64,000 nt of DNA from Cetorhinus maximus (Eukaryota), in NCBI RefSeq assembly GCF_964194155.1, contig NC_135894.1, positions 78,306,001-78,370,000 on the forward strand. The letters run 5' to 3'. A model generated the notes under the pieces. That model worked only from the letters and a program-made list of their open reading frames with translations, was not told the DNA's origin and made no database searches. The number at the start of each line of letters is the position of its first letter. The first letter of the stretch is position 1. Shown here piece after piece: positions 51,873-63,882 of this stretch. The position numbers and the translations under genes were made by a program.

Positions 51873-52959
51873 AAAAAATCTCTTATTCCAGCAATAAAAA
51901 AGCTATTAACAATGATCCAACAATCAGTCTATCGAATTTTCATAAAAACCCATCTGGTTCACTATTGTCCGTTAGGGAATGTTATCTGCAGTCTTTACCT
52001 TGTCTGGCCTGTAAGTGACACCAGACCCACAGCAATGTGGTTGACTCTTAACTGCCCTTTGAAATGGCCTAGGAAGCCTCCCAGCTGCCCAATGGGCAAT
52101 AAATGCTGGGCTTGCCATTAATGACGACATCCGGTGAATGGATAAAAGAATGGTTACAGTACTAGCCACCATTCATCATAATACTAATTATCAACATTAT
52201 GTATAATGGTTCTTACAATATCCATTATAATATTAACCAGAAAAAACAGTACCAATACCAACTAAAAAGATTTATCATATTAATCTGCAACATTAGCTAC
52301 AGTAATAAGCGCCATTACGATCCCCGTAGAGACCAATAACTTTTAAAAAGAAATATGAGTTTCCGAATGACTGGCGGAAAGAAGCAGATGAGAAGATTTC
52401 ATGCTTTAAGAGTTTTACTATGACAAACAAACTAAAATCAACATAGACTAAACAGCACTTAACAGGCAACTAATATAGCAAACTGCAGAAAATTACTAAT
52501 TAATTCAACTGGAAAAACTTGATGACCTATTTGTATGTTATTCTGTGCTCTCAGAAGATATGTAAGCATTATAGATTAAGTCAAAACCCTGCTTGGCATT
52601 TCAGCAGGCTTCCTTCTCCCTTCCATTTCAGGGTGGACCTTTGTAAGTCCCTTAACTCAGTCTTCTGAGCGTCTGCAAATTGACTAACAAACACAAGGTC
52701 CACTCTGGTGACTCCTTGGTTCTTAAATCTCCAATAGTCCTGTTCATTCTGTCTTCTTCTTTATGAACAGAAAACTGACTATTACAAGCATTCAGCTCTC
52801 ACAGTTGTAGCTTTTCTGCTCCTACATCCAGCCTCTCTCTCTCTCTCTTTCTCACTCTCTTCCTCTCTTCCTCTCTCCAGGACTCTGAGAGTCTGTATCC
52901 AGAAAGACCAATGTCCCTCTTTTTGGTCAAGGTGTGAAAACTGGCATTTGCTTTTCTAT

Positions 52960-53659
52960 GGGCAGAATTTTCCTCCCGTTGGGGGGGAAGTTCAGGAGCG
53001 GGTATGTGGAGACGCGTCTCCGATCGGCGCCCCCAATCGGGGGCTCGCTGCCATTTTACATGGGCGGGCCAATTAAGGCTCGCCCAGCATGACATCCACA
53101 AGGGAGCGCTATGCACTCCCTGTGCGGGCAGGGGGTTATTACCTGAGCCGAGAATGCACTCCATCGCGCATGTGCGCGAAAGAGCACACTCATCTCCCTG
53201 AGGCTAAGTGCTGCCTCAGGGAGATCAGCGCCAAATTCAAAAATGTTTCAAACAGAAAAAAAAAATTCCCCTGACATGTCCCCTCATATGACACTGTCAC
53301 ATGAGTAGGGCCATGTCCATCAATTTTAGTTACACTTTTATTGGATTTTTACAAACCTACATGAAACCTCATCTCGCCCGTGGATGAGGTCTCATGCTTT
53401 TTCCAATGTCCACCAGGGCTCCCAGCCTGCCCGCCAACCTTCAAGGTTGGACGGGCAGGTCCGCTAATTACGTTAATTACTTTGTCAATGGCCTCAATTG
53501 GCCATTGACAGGTCAACGGGTGCACAGCTAATTCGAGAGAATTGAGAATTGAAATGAGGAGGGGTGACATTGGGAGTTCCGCCTGACATCATCCTGTATC
53601 ATTTTACAAGTCGGCGAGCGGGCCCCGCCCCCCCCCCCCCCCACCGGGAAATCCTGGCC
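52960..53659 (+). mobile_element. Harbinger-type MITE (about 700-bp family), first of a tandem pair
   Basis: Termini gggcagaatttt / aaatcctggcc. TAT at 52957-52959 and 53660-53662. Confidence 0.88.
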
Positions 53660-53662
53660 TAT

Positions 53663-54140
53663 TTGGAGAATTTTCTCCCCATCGGGGGAGTTGGGCAGGA
53701 ATGTGCGCAGGCGGGCATGCAGCCGATCACCGCCCACAATCCTGCCGAAGAAGAGCGCGGAAATCTCCCTGAGGCAGTTCCGTGCCTCAGGGAGATTAGT
53801 TTGATTTTTAAAAAATTTTAATAAAGAAAAATAAGATTTTTTAAGACATGTCCCCTCATGAGCTGGGACATGTTAATGAATTTTATTAAAAATTTTTATT
53901 AAACTTTACAAACCTTCATGAAACCTCAGCCCGCCCTTGGATGAGATTTCATGATAAATGCAAAGGCCACCTTAAGGTTGGACGGGCAGCTCAGTTAATT
54001 AGTTTAATTGGTATTTAATGGCCTTAATAGGCCTTTGACAGTTCGGCGGGTGCATGCCGAACTGAAGATCTTAATGACGTGTGGTGACGTCGGGACACAC
54101 GCCCGACATCACTGCGCGTCATTTTATGCAAAATCTGGCC
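53663..54140 (+). mobile_element. Harbinger-type MITE (internally deleted), second of a tandem pair
   Basis: Termini ttggagaatttt / aaaatctggcc, followed by TAT at 54141-54143. Confidence 0.85.
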
Positions 54141-54215
54141 TATAGGTTTTGGTCTGGGGCTCTTTGTCCATGACAACCAAATCACATGGGCCTGTCTCCT
54201 GGACAGAATTAATAT

Positions 54216-55010
54216 TGTTATGACAAAGCAGTTGGTAAAGGCTAAGTTATTTAAAACCCCAGCGGAAACTTTAAACGACTGTCATAATCTATTTTCAATT
54301 GGTGTGTTTGAGATGCAGCTCTGAATTCAGGAATGAAACCACCAAGCCTCCAGAGGTTTTTATATAAATTAAACTAAACTAAACATTTATTAATTTAACA
54401 ATGAATTAAACACACGCACATGTCTACAAATTACTACCTTAATAACTTTTAAATAAATCCACAAATTATTCACTCCTAGGTAAACCTTCACCAAGGCAAC
54501 AACAACCCATAGACTTTAAATAGACACCAGGCAAAGCACATTTCATCTTATGCATTCAAAATGAGGTTCCTTCACACAGTTGTAGGCTTACAGGCTGCTT
54601 AGTTATTACATGCCTATGACTTACACACACAAAACTCTTCTGTATATACCTAGCCTTCCCTGTGAATGTAAATTCTCATTGTATCACTCAGGCACTTTGA
54701 ACTCCACCTCTTCTAACAATAAAACCCCTTTCATAGTACCAATTTTATTAGTAACATAAAATATTGCTTGGTGTCTCCTAGCTAGGTGCAAGATTTCACC
54801 CCCAGTCTTTGCATGGTTTATTCAATAAAATGCAAATGTGTCCTCTATCTTACTGTTTAACATCTCAAAACTACTATACATCAAAGCACCCAGACTAGCT
54901 GGTTTTAATCCAATTAAGATACACACTGACACCCACAGACACTTGCCCTACTACAAGCCCAATTTAAAATAATTTCCGATAATATTCTATACATTAGAGT
55001 CTTTATGACA
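54216..55010 (-). mobile_element. Solo LTR-like element
   Basis: TGTTA...TGACA termini. Flanks atat/gtat (4-bp TSD, one mismatch). tttatt (minus-strand AATAAA) near the left end. Confidence 0.6.
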
Positions 55011-55267
55011 GTATGATCTCCATCCTCCCTCATTTCAAAACATTCTTTCACCTTAAGGTAAAGAAAACATTTTAATACATGACTGTCTTATAAAGACTCA
55101 CCTGTTTAACACATCCTTTATATCACTAAAAAGCAACATCAGTTATATAATGCTTATTGTGATATCCTGTACTATATGAGCCAGCGACATCTGATATGAT
55201 CTTTCTGGAAATCTCACTTATATGTAGTTTATCCCTTCACTGCTTACTGATAAGGAGCTGAGATATG

Positions 55268-56696
55268 GGGCCAGATTTTCTCCTCCTGCACCTGCCCAGA
55301 ATTGAGTCAGGAATTGTTAAAATGAGGCCCATGGGGCTGAAATTTCAAACTTACCCTGCCATTCCCAACTCATGCCATCTTCCCCTAGCCAGGAAATGTG
55401 TCAGGAGTGATCCTGCACTCAGGTCCTGTGATGGTGAGGTTGCCAAAATAACATCCTGGGGGAAATTTGACTGTATTTTTGTTATGATGGGAGGGATTCA
55501 GAGGCGTGTGGGAACCCCATCAGGTAAGTCAGTTCATGGACCTTGGGGGGAAGCCTGCTGTTGAGTCAGGAAGGTTTTTGACAGGTAAGTTTAAAAGATC
55601 TTGCCAGTGCCCCCTCATATCCCCCTTGCTCCCTCCATGTCCCCTCATATCCCCCATGCTCCCTCCATGCCCCCTCATACCCTCCATGCTCCCTCCATGC
55701 CCCCTCATACTCCCATACCCCTTCCATTCCCCATGCTGCTTCCACACCCTTTCCATTACCCCCATGCCCCAATCATCCTCCGTACCCATTTTCTCAGTAT
55801 CCTCTATGCACAGAACCAATGAGCCATTGGCAGATTTGGAAATGCTCCTGAAACTGATACAATGAGCAAAGAGGCTTAGAAAATCTTTGAAAAGGCATTT
55901 CATTTTGCAATTTCATAAAAGTGTTAATCAACCACAGCCATTCACAATATCAATGACAAAACTTTAATCCTCTTAACACCTCATAATCTTACTCAAATAA
56001 AAAACATGTATTGAAGCACCACAGCAAAGAAAGAAAACCTTATTACAACATGATAAATGTGTCAATCAAATAAACTGAGCAATCCCCTTGAAGCTGTGTA
56101 AATAGACCCCTGCTAAGCTGAGTTCATATTCATTCTTGGAACTCAGTGAAGCATTCATAATGTGGCCATCTGGAAAAATAGATGACTGGCCATCTGTTCA
56201 AACTGATTCTGTTCATACAGTTTCCAGATGGCTTTGTTATGAATGCTTGACTGAGCTCCAAGACTGCCTAATGGATTCTGCCCTGTAGGCAATGTTGACA
56301 CAACTAGAAGCAGAGTGCTAGCTTTGTTTGATTGACACTTTCATGATATTGTAATAAGTTTTTTCTGTCTTTGATACGGTTTTCAAATGCCTGTTTGTTT
56401 ATTTGGGGGGAGCATGGGGTTTGCAAGAGGCATGGAGTGGGCATGGATTTCTTAACAACCATATAGAGGATTACTAAATCAACGTCCCAGTGCACCCAGG
56501 CAGGCCCTCTAACCAGCCTGCCTTGCCAACTGACTCTGCCTCAGCCCTGCATAGAGAGGTGGTAGACCTGAACCTTGTCTGTCCATGTCTCATGGAAACA
56601 TTACAATTGGAGTGGGAGGACCTGACGGAGTTGGGATTGTGAAGTCAGGAAATGGAAGGACTCATGGTTCCTGAAACTGAGAGGAAGATCCAGCCC
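55268..56696. mobile_element. Harbinger-type foldback MITE, about 1.4 kb
   Basis: Termini gggccagattttc / gaagatccagccc. ATG duplicated. Internal long inverted repeats centred near 56195. Confidence 0.75.
55608..55745. repeat. 30-bp minisatellite (gccccctcatatcccccatgctccctccat), about 4 units
   Basis: Direct repeat visible in the sequence. It yields the repetitive PPCPLISPML and GMRGHGGSM peptides in the ORF track. Confidence 0.85.
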
Positions 56697-56864
56697 ATGA
56701 TTTTTTAAAATGTTACAAGCCAAGATTCCAAAAAGCCACTTCCTATCTTTACTCAGAAAACTTGAATTTGGTCATAATGGATGAGGTTTAGATGAAAATA
56801 TATTATGCAAATGTGGTTATTTGTGGTAATACATTGTATCTATTCTATTGCATCTCCCACATAG

Positions 56865-57530
56865 GGTTCGTTTAATGGGGCACTGCAGTCCACACCCATC
56901 CAACTAAAAGTCAGGGGAGACTGCTCACGATCCTGAGGGCTGGCGACCAATCAGATTGGCCGGCAGCTCTATAGTTCCACCAGCGCCAGTGGGAGTGAAT
57001 GTTGGGAATACAGGCAGTCCTCACTATGCCGAGGAGCCCAGGTAAGTCCAGGGCAGGGGTCTAGGCGATGAGATTGTGGAGGGGTTGGAGGGATAGGTGA
57101 GGGGAGAGGGGCGTGGTTAATGAGAGGCCAGGTTAAAGAGGCTGAGGAGAAGGGTTAATGGTGTGTATGACCGGGGGGTGCCCCCAAAGGAAGGTCCCCC
57201 ATGCTTGCCTGACACTTGCCATGCAGCTAAAGCCGCCAGGATTCCTGCATGGCATGCTCACCACCTCCCCCCACCCCCACCCCGCCACGGGTAAAATACC
57301 TGCGGTGGCGGAATGAGGCCCTTAAATGGCCATTATCTGGCTAATTAAGGGCTTCAATAGGCTCAAGAATGGGCAGGCTGAGGCAGGCTGCCCAACATCC
57401 TGCCCACACCCCCCTGTAAAATTTCATACAGGTCAGGGAAAGTGGGATGCAACAGGAAGGCCACCCACTGGATTTTAGATGCTCTTCTGCCTTCAAACCC
57501 ATTGGTAGGGGGAGTGTAAAATCCAGCCCT
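56865..57530. mobile_element. Diverged Harbinger-type MITE
   Basis: Right end gtaaaatccagccc. Body similar to the 37718 and 48684 elements. Left end unclear. Confidence 0.5.
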
Positions 57531-57895
57531 TTGTATCCAGACTACTTGAGCTCCTATAATATCAAACTTTAAGTATTGGAGAGAAGCTACTTCTATTCTT
57601 CCAATGGAAGCTTTTTTGGCTTCTCAATTGAAGTGAGGAAGCTCTAGCTCCTGAATTTCTTCTCAACTAATCTGTATCCTGCATTGTATCCAGATTAGCC
57701 CTGGTACCCGGATTAGCCCTGGTACTATCCTGGCACTCTAGTTCCTACATAACACCCAGACCAGACTGATCAAGCTCCAACCTTGCAGTCGACTAATTCA
57801 ACTGCTCCTTTAGGGCCTGAAAATCCTGTATGACAGATGAATTACTCCAGTTTCTGCTTGGTAGCTGGCTGATTACAGTCCCGTCACTACACCCA

Positions 57896-58341
57896 GGCCG
57901 GGAGTTTGCTTGGCCTGCTGGAGCGGAATAGGAGATGCAGGTGGGGGTGGAGTGAAAAATTGGGAGGGAGGATGGAGAGGTGATGAGCCCTTTGCCTCCC
58001 CACGGCCTTGGCATTTTATTAGTTGGGGGTGAGGGGGGAAAAGGTGGACGACAGCCTTCCCACCCAGAGGCCAATTGGATGAATCCTGGTGGCCTCCTGT
58101 GGGCTCAATTAGTGGGTGGGTCCTCCAGATCAAGCACTTCCTGGCCAACTGCAGGGCAATAGCTACCTGGGCAGCATTAGCTCATCCCTGCCCTCACCTC
58201 TTCCCCCTCCTCTCCAGGACCTGCCCAACTGTTCCAAACAACTCCCGACCCAACTGACCTTGTTCTGAGGGCGTCGTCATGTTGCTTTTCCCGAGTGGGT
58301 GCAGTCCCAGCAGTGACCACCACTCAAACAAAATCCCAGCC
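57896..58341. mobile_element. Harbinger-type MITE
   Basis: Termini ggccgggagttt / aaaatcccagcc. CCA duplicated. Confidence 0.6.
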
Positions 58342-58554
58342 CCAGGCTACCCTTGCTCCTAAAATGCAACTCTAATTACTCTAATGCCTTTGTGCCATTG
58401 TTAGAAAAAAACATGTTTTACGATAAAGCATTGCCTATTGAAATAAACTGTCATGCACAAAATATATTTTCTGGAATCTATTGATTTTTGAACTGACTGA
58501 TTACCCTAAAATTACCATGAACGATGTCGATATAATTTTAGGTTTACTTCTTAC

Positions 58555-58600
58555 CTCTGCTCTAACAGTTGTGTCCCAGAAATTCTTGAAGTTGCAGATT
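58555..58600 (-). CDS. Candidate host gene, internal exon (a+ICNFKNFWDTTVRAE)
   Basis: ttctgtttAG acceptor and GAG|GTAAGA donor. 46 nt, phase 2 to 0. Confidence 0.5.
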
Positions 58601-59138
58601 CTAAACAGAATCATTTAAATGATCAAACAGCACTAAAGGCCACTGACTTTTAAGCAAAACATTTTGTATTTACAGAGCTGTTTGATGTAACTTCACAGTG
58701 GTTTCAGTAATATTGCTCCAAGTTCCTAAATATTTCATGCTGAAAACACAAAGATCATGATCTAAGCAAACACATTTACAAGATAATGCCTCAAACCTTC
58801 CTATAATCTTGGTTTTAATGCCATTCTATCTCTTTTTTCAACAAAATTAATTACAAGCAATAAAATGTTCCTTTTTCATTAAAGACAACAATATCTAAAA
58901 TTAATTCTCAGGAAACAGACTCTGACCTATATGAAGAACTTCCTTCTGAGCTTAAATCTGCAATTTCCTGTTCATCATGTTGCTATGTTTGGTTAAATAA
59001 TTTGCACTAATAATGAATAAATTCTAAAGTTAAAGTTGAAAAGTTACCATGTGGAAAAAAAAACTTTGCCAATTATTATTTAGCCTTTAGGCTGAATATG
59101 TTGTAATTTTAAAAAAACAATTAAAAGAAAAATGGTAC

Positions 59139-59272
59139 CTTTGGCTGAGAGGTACATGTGGAGAGTGAAGGAAAGAAACACAAGATGTTATTTGAAATGG
59201 TTGTAGATTCCTCAATCTGCTGGAAAAGTGTTGGTGGGCAGGGGTGGAATGTCCTCCATTTCGTGCGGACAT
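59139..59272 (-). CDS. Candidate host gene, first coding exon (MSARNGGHSTPAHQHFSSRLRNLQPFQITSCVSFLHSPHVPLSQ+AG)
   Basis: ATG with G at -3 and an in-frame upstream TAA. AAG|GTACCA donor. Ends in phase 2, giving AG|A = Arg with the next exon. Confidence 0.4.
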
Positions 59273-59414
59273 CACGTATTAATGTTTCAGCAAAATTAGT
59301 TGCATTAAGCAATAATCTTTGTCAGGTTCTATGCTGCCAGCAAGTAAACATGGAACTAGAACCATCTCAGCTGCAAACTGCAGCTCTCAAAATACTCAAC
59401 CAAAATTGAAAGGA

Positions 59415-60845
59415 AGATAGGAACATAGGAGCAGGAGCAGCCCATTCGGCCTGTCGAGCCTGCTCCACCATTCAAGCAGATCATGGCTGATTATCTACCT
59501 CTATGTCATTCTGCCCCAGTATCCCCATATCCCTGGATGTCGTTAGAGTCCAGAAATCTATTGATTTCTGTCTTGTACATGGTCAAAGATTGAGCTTCCA
59601 CAGCCCTCTAGAGTAGAGAATTCCAATGATTCACCACCCTCGGAGTGAAAAAATTCATCCTCATCTCAATCTTAAATGGCCTGCCCCTTATTCTGAGACT
59701 GCGTCACCAGCCAGGGAAAACATCCCATCCACATCTGCCCTGTCACGTCCTGTAAGAATTTTGTAAGTTTCAATGAGATCACCTCTCATTCTTTGAAACT
59801 CTAGAGAATACCGGCCTAGTTTCCTCAAACTCTCCACATAAAATAATCTTGCCAGCCCAGGGATTAGTGTGGTGAACCTCCATTGCACTCCCTCTATGGC
59901 AAGTATATCCTTCTTTAGATAAGGAGCCAAAAGCTGTGTGCAATACTCCAGATGCGGTCTCACCAAAGGTCTCTACGATTGCAGCAAGACATTTTTACTC
60001 CTGTACTCAAATCCTCTAGCGAAGGCCAACATTCCATTTGCCTTCCTAATTGCTTGTTGGGCTTGCATGTTAGCTTTTAGTGACTCATGAACAAAGACAC
60101 CAAGCTCCCTTTGGGCGTCAACACTCCCCAACATCTCACCATTTAAAAAATACTCAACCTTTCTGTTTTTTCTATCAAAGTGGATAACTTCACACTTATT
60201 TACATTATATCCCATCTGCCATGTTTTTGCCCACTCATTTAACCTGTCCAAATCCCCTTGAAGCCTCCTTATGCATCCTCCTTACAACTTTCATTCCCAC
60301 CTAGTTCTGTGTCATCAGCAAATTTGGAAATATTATATTTGGTCCCCACATCCAAATCATTTATATAGATTGTGAACAACTGTGGCCACAGAACTGATCC
60401 TTCTGGTACCCCGCTAGTGAAAGCCTGCCATCCTGAGAATGACCCGCTTATTCCTACTCTTTGTTTTCTCTCTGTTATCCAATTCTCAATCAATACCAGT
60501 ATATCACCCCCCAATCCCATGTGCTCCCATTTTGTTTAATAACCTCCTGTGTGGGACCTCATCAAAAGTTTTCTGGAAACCCAAATACAAGACACCCACT
60601 GGTTCTCCTTTATCTATGCTACAGTTAACACCCGCAAAAAATTCCAACAGGTTTGTCGAACATGATTTCCCTTTCATAAATCTATATTGAATCTGCCCAA
60701 TCATATCATTATTTTCCACGTGTCCAGTTACCACATCCTTTATAACAGATTCTAACATTTTCCCTACCACTGATGTCAAACTAACAGGTCCATAGTTCTC
60801 AATTTTCTCCCCCCACTCCTTCTTAAGTAATAGGGTTACATTAAC
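59415..60845 (-). mobile_element. 5'-truncated CR1 LINE (RT and 3' UTR)
   Basis: Minus-strand ORFs contain NYGPVSLTSVVGKMLE, KGKSCSTNLLEFF, FDEVPH, GVPEGSVL, FADDT and VRPHLEYC. Confidence 0.93.
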
Positions 60846-61254
60846 ATGAAACAGTACACTTTTAAAATGCCAACAAGTATTTTCTTTATTAAAAAGAAAG
60901 CTAGTTACAGTGCAGTGTGCCACCAACATTGAAGAGAATAGGAGAGCAGGTGAGATAAATCGAATGGTGTTAAACACTTTTAACTTCTTAGCGTTCACCA
61001 CTAATGAGAAAGGAAAGTCTGGACCAATGTGACCCAGAGAAGAGGAAGGAAAAAATAATAAAGTAGATGATTGTCTCCAGGCATTGAACTTTATCACACA
61101 TCCTGTCAAGGAGCTCAGGACAGGTGGCCAATAACCAAACAACCATCTGGGTTCACTAATGTCCTTTAGGGAAGGAAATCTGCCATCCTTACCTGGTCTG
61201 GCCTACAGGTGACTCCAGGCCCACAGCAATGTGGTTGACTCTTAACTATGCTCC

Positions 61255-62440
61255 TGACCTCATTAAAGCTTTGGTTCAAACATGGAAAAAAATAGCTGAA
61301 CTCCAGAGGTGACATCAAGGCAGCATTTGGCATCAAGGAGCCCTAGCAAAACTGGGGTCAATGGGAATCAGGGGGAAAACTCTCCACTGGTTGGGGTCAT
61401 ACCTAGCACAAAGGAAAATGGTTTTGGTTGTTGGAGGTCAATCACCTCAGTTCCAGGACATCACTGCAGGAGTTCCTCAGGGTAGTGTCTTAGGCCCAAC
61501 CATCCTCAGCTGCTTTATCAATGACCTTCCTTCCACCATAAGGTCAGAAGTGGCGATGTTAACCTGCACAATGCTCAGCACCATTTACAACTCCTTAGAG
61601 ACTAAAGCAGTCCATGCCCAAATACAGAAAGACCTGGATAATATCCAAATTTGGACTGACAAGTGGCAAAAACACTTGTACCACACAAATGCCAGGCAAT
61701 GACCATTCCCAACAAGAGAGAATCTCACCATCGCCCCTTGACATTCAATGGCATTACCATTGCTGAACCCCTGAACCCCATCTTGGAGTTACCATTGACT
61801 AGAAACTGAACTGGACTAGCTATATAAATACTGTGGCTACAAGGGCAGGTCAGAGTCTAGGAACCTTATGGCAAGTAATTCACCTCCTGACTCCCCAAAG
61901 CCTGTCCTCCATCTACAAGGCACAAATCAAGAGTGTGGTGGGATACTTTCCACTTGCCTGGATGAGTGCAGTTCCAACAACACTTGAGAAGCTTGACACC
62001 ATCCAGGACAAAGCAGCCACTTGATTAGAACCCCTTCCACAAACATTTGCTCCCTCTACTACTGATGAACAGTGGCAGCAGTGTGTACCATCTACAAGGT
62101 GCAATGTAGGAACTCACCAAAGCTCCTTAGACAGCATCTTCCAAACCCAAGACCACTACCAATTAGAAGGGCAAGGGCAGCAAGCAGATGGGAACTCCGC
62201 CACCTGGAAATTCCCTCCACATCTCTCGCCATCCTGACTTGGAAATATGTCGCTGTTCCTTCACTGTAGCTGAGTCAAAATCCTGGAACTCCCTCCCTAA
62301 CAGCACTGTGGGTGTCCTACACCACATGGACTGCAGTGGTTCAAGAAGGCAGCTCACCACCATCTTCTCAAGGGCAATTAGGGATGGGCAATGAATATTA
62401 GCCTAGCCAGTGATGCCTACATCCCATTAACAAGTGAAAA
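61255..62440 (+). mobile_element. Non-LTR retrotransposon of a second CR1/L2-group lineage, RT 3' half and tail
   Basis: GIRGKTLHWLGSYLAQRKM..GVPQGSVLGPTILSCFINDLP, IYKAQIKSVVGY..LDTIQDKA. Tail shared with the tRNA-SINE. Confidence 0.88.
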
Positions 62441-63239
62441 CAAGATTTTGTGTTCAGGAACAAAGTGATGGCACTCACCATTGACCTTGAAGAAAGCTGC
62501 CTACAAAGGTATAGCAATCCCTGTGACATGAATTTCACTTTTCCTGACATTAATTTCATTCTGGTGTGTGCTATAGGGGATCATCAGCATTCAGCAACAG
62601 TGATGTCAAACTAGTAATGCAATGATCACAATTCACTTTTTAATTATTTACAGAGAGCAAGATAAAGATTGGGTCATACACAAAGCATAAAAGTAGAAGC
62701 TAAAATATCAAAAAAACACTTTATAAAAAAATTCTTACTATTTTAAGAACCTGGGGAATTTCTTTTATCATAATGGAGAAATTTGACAGTTAACAAATGT
62801 AAAATTAGTTATTCAGGTCCAAGGAGGTTGTTCAGCAGTAATTGTGGTTCAGCAAAAACTCACCTCATTCAACAAGACATAACTTTTTCAAGAACTTTTA
62901 CCGCAAAGTAAATAGCGCATAAGTGGAAGTCCACACCCAATCAAGGGATTTGTAAGATTTCCATCTGCAAAGCCTTCAACAGCATATCTTCTGGAGGAGT
63001 AGGGAATTAGTGATGGCAATTTCTGGATTTCTGTGTTTGTGCATGTACAGGTGTCTGAAGCTGTTGTCAGTTTCACAGTTGGAATTATGGCGATGCTGAT
63101 GGTTTTACCATCATGACATCCACATAATCTTTTCCAATGTATTTACCAAAGATTGCAAGAATGCCTATATTTCACACGTTGAGAACAACATTTTTGCATT
63201 ATTTTCATCTGTGTCTTTTGTCTCTTTTAATTACTTATG

Positions 63240-63882
63240 GGCCTGAATTTTTCAGTCGGTGTGTGGCGTGCGGGGGTGGTCCCAACACGCCGACTTGTAA
63301 AATGACACGCGATGATGTCAGGCATGCGTCCCAATGTCATTGCGCCACGGTGTCTCGCGATGTTTCATTCAGCAGGCACACGCCGGAGTCGGCTGCACGC
63401 CCGCCGATATTTAAACGGTCTATTAAGGCCATTAAGGAAGTAATTAAAGGCATTGTTGATGCTGCCCATCCGACCCTAAGGTTGGTGTGGAAGGTCAAAA
63501 GGCCAAGCGGCCTTCACGTTTTTTAGGAAATCTCATCCACGAGTGGGATGAGGTTTTCTAAAGCTTTTATTAATTAAATAAAAAGATTTTATGAAATTTA
63601 TGTCCCATCTCATGTGACACAGTCATGTGGGGGTACATGTTTAAATAAATTTTCGAACCAATTATTTATTTGAAAAGCCTTCAATCTCCCTGAGGCAGCT
63701 TTGTGCCTAAGGGAGCTTGAAGCGCTCTTTCACGCATGTGCAAAAGAGCGCTGACTCCGACTCTCTCTCCTCCCCCTGCCCACACAGGTAGTGCTGAGCG
63801 ACCACCCCCGCCCGCTCCCGCCCCCGCCCCCGCCCACTCCCACCCCCGCCCGCTCCCGCAGACCGACTGAAAAATTCAGGCC
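63240..63882 (-). mobile_element. Harbinger-type MITE (about 700-bp family) with perfect 21-bp TIRs
   Basis: ggcctgaatttttcagtcggt (63240-63260) is the exact reverse complement of 63862-63882. ATG duplicated at 63237-63239 and 63883-63885. Confidence 0.92.

Larger units (their letters stand above)
51315..51896 (+). mobile_element. Penelope-like retroelement remnant with inverted ends
   Basis: About 90-bp inverted arms. Internal peptide SAIGHYLLNNPQCAK..FKIV..LRVLEATYINTQGPVLCRQKEHV is typical of a Penelope GIY-YIG C-terminus. Confidence 0.85.
51145..52150 (+). mobile_element. tRNA-derived SINE split by a Penelope-like insertion
   Basis: B-box-like gagttcaaatccc. The core resumes at about 51945 (ccatctggttcactattgtccgttaggg). 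aaagctatta is repeated either side of the insert. Confidence 0.7.

Noticed and set aside
55608-55745. CRISPR-like or repeat-protein ORFs
   Set aside because: Contiguous 30-bp minisatellite without unique spacers, in a eukaryotic MITE context.
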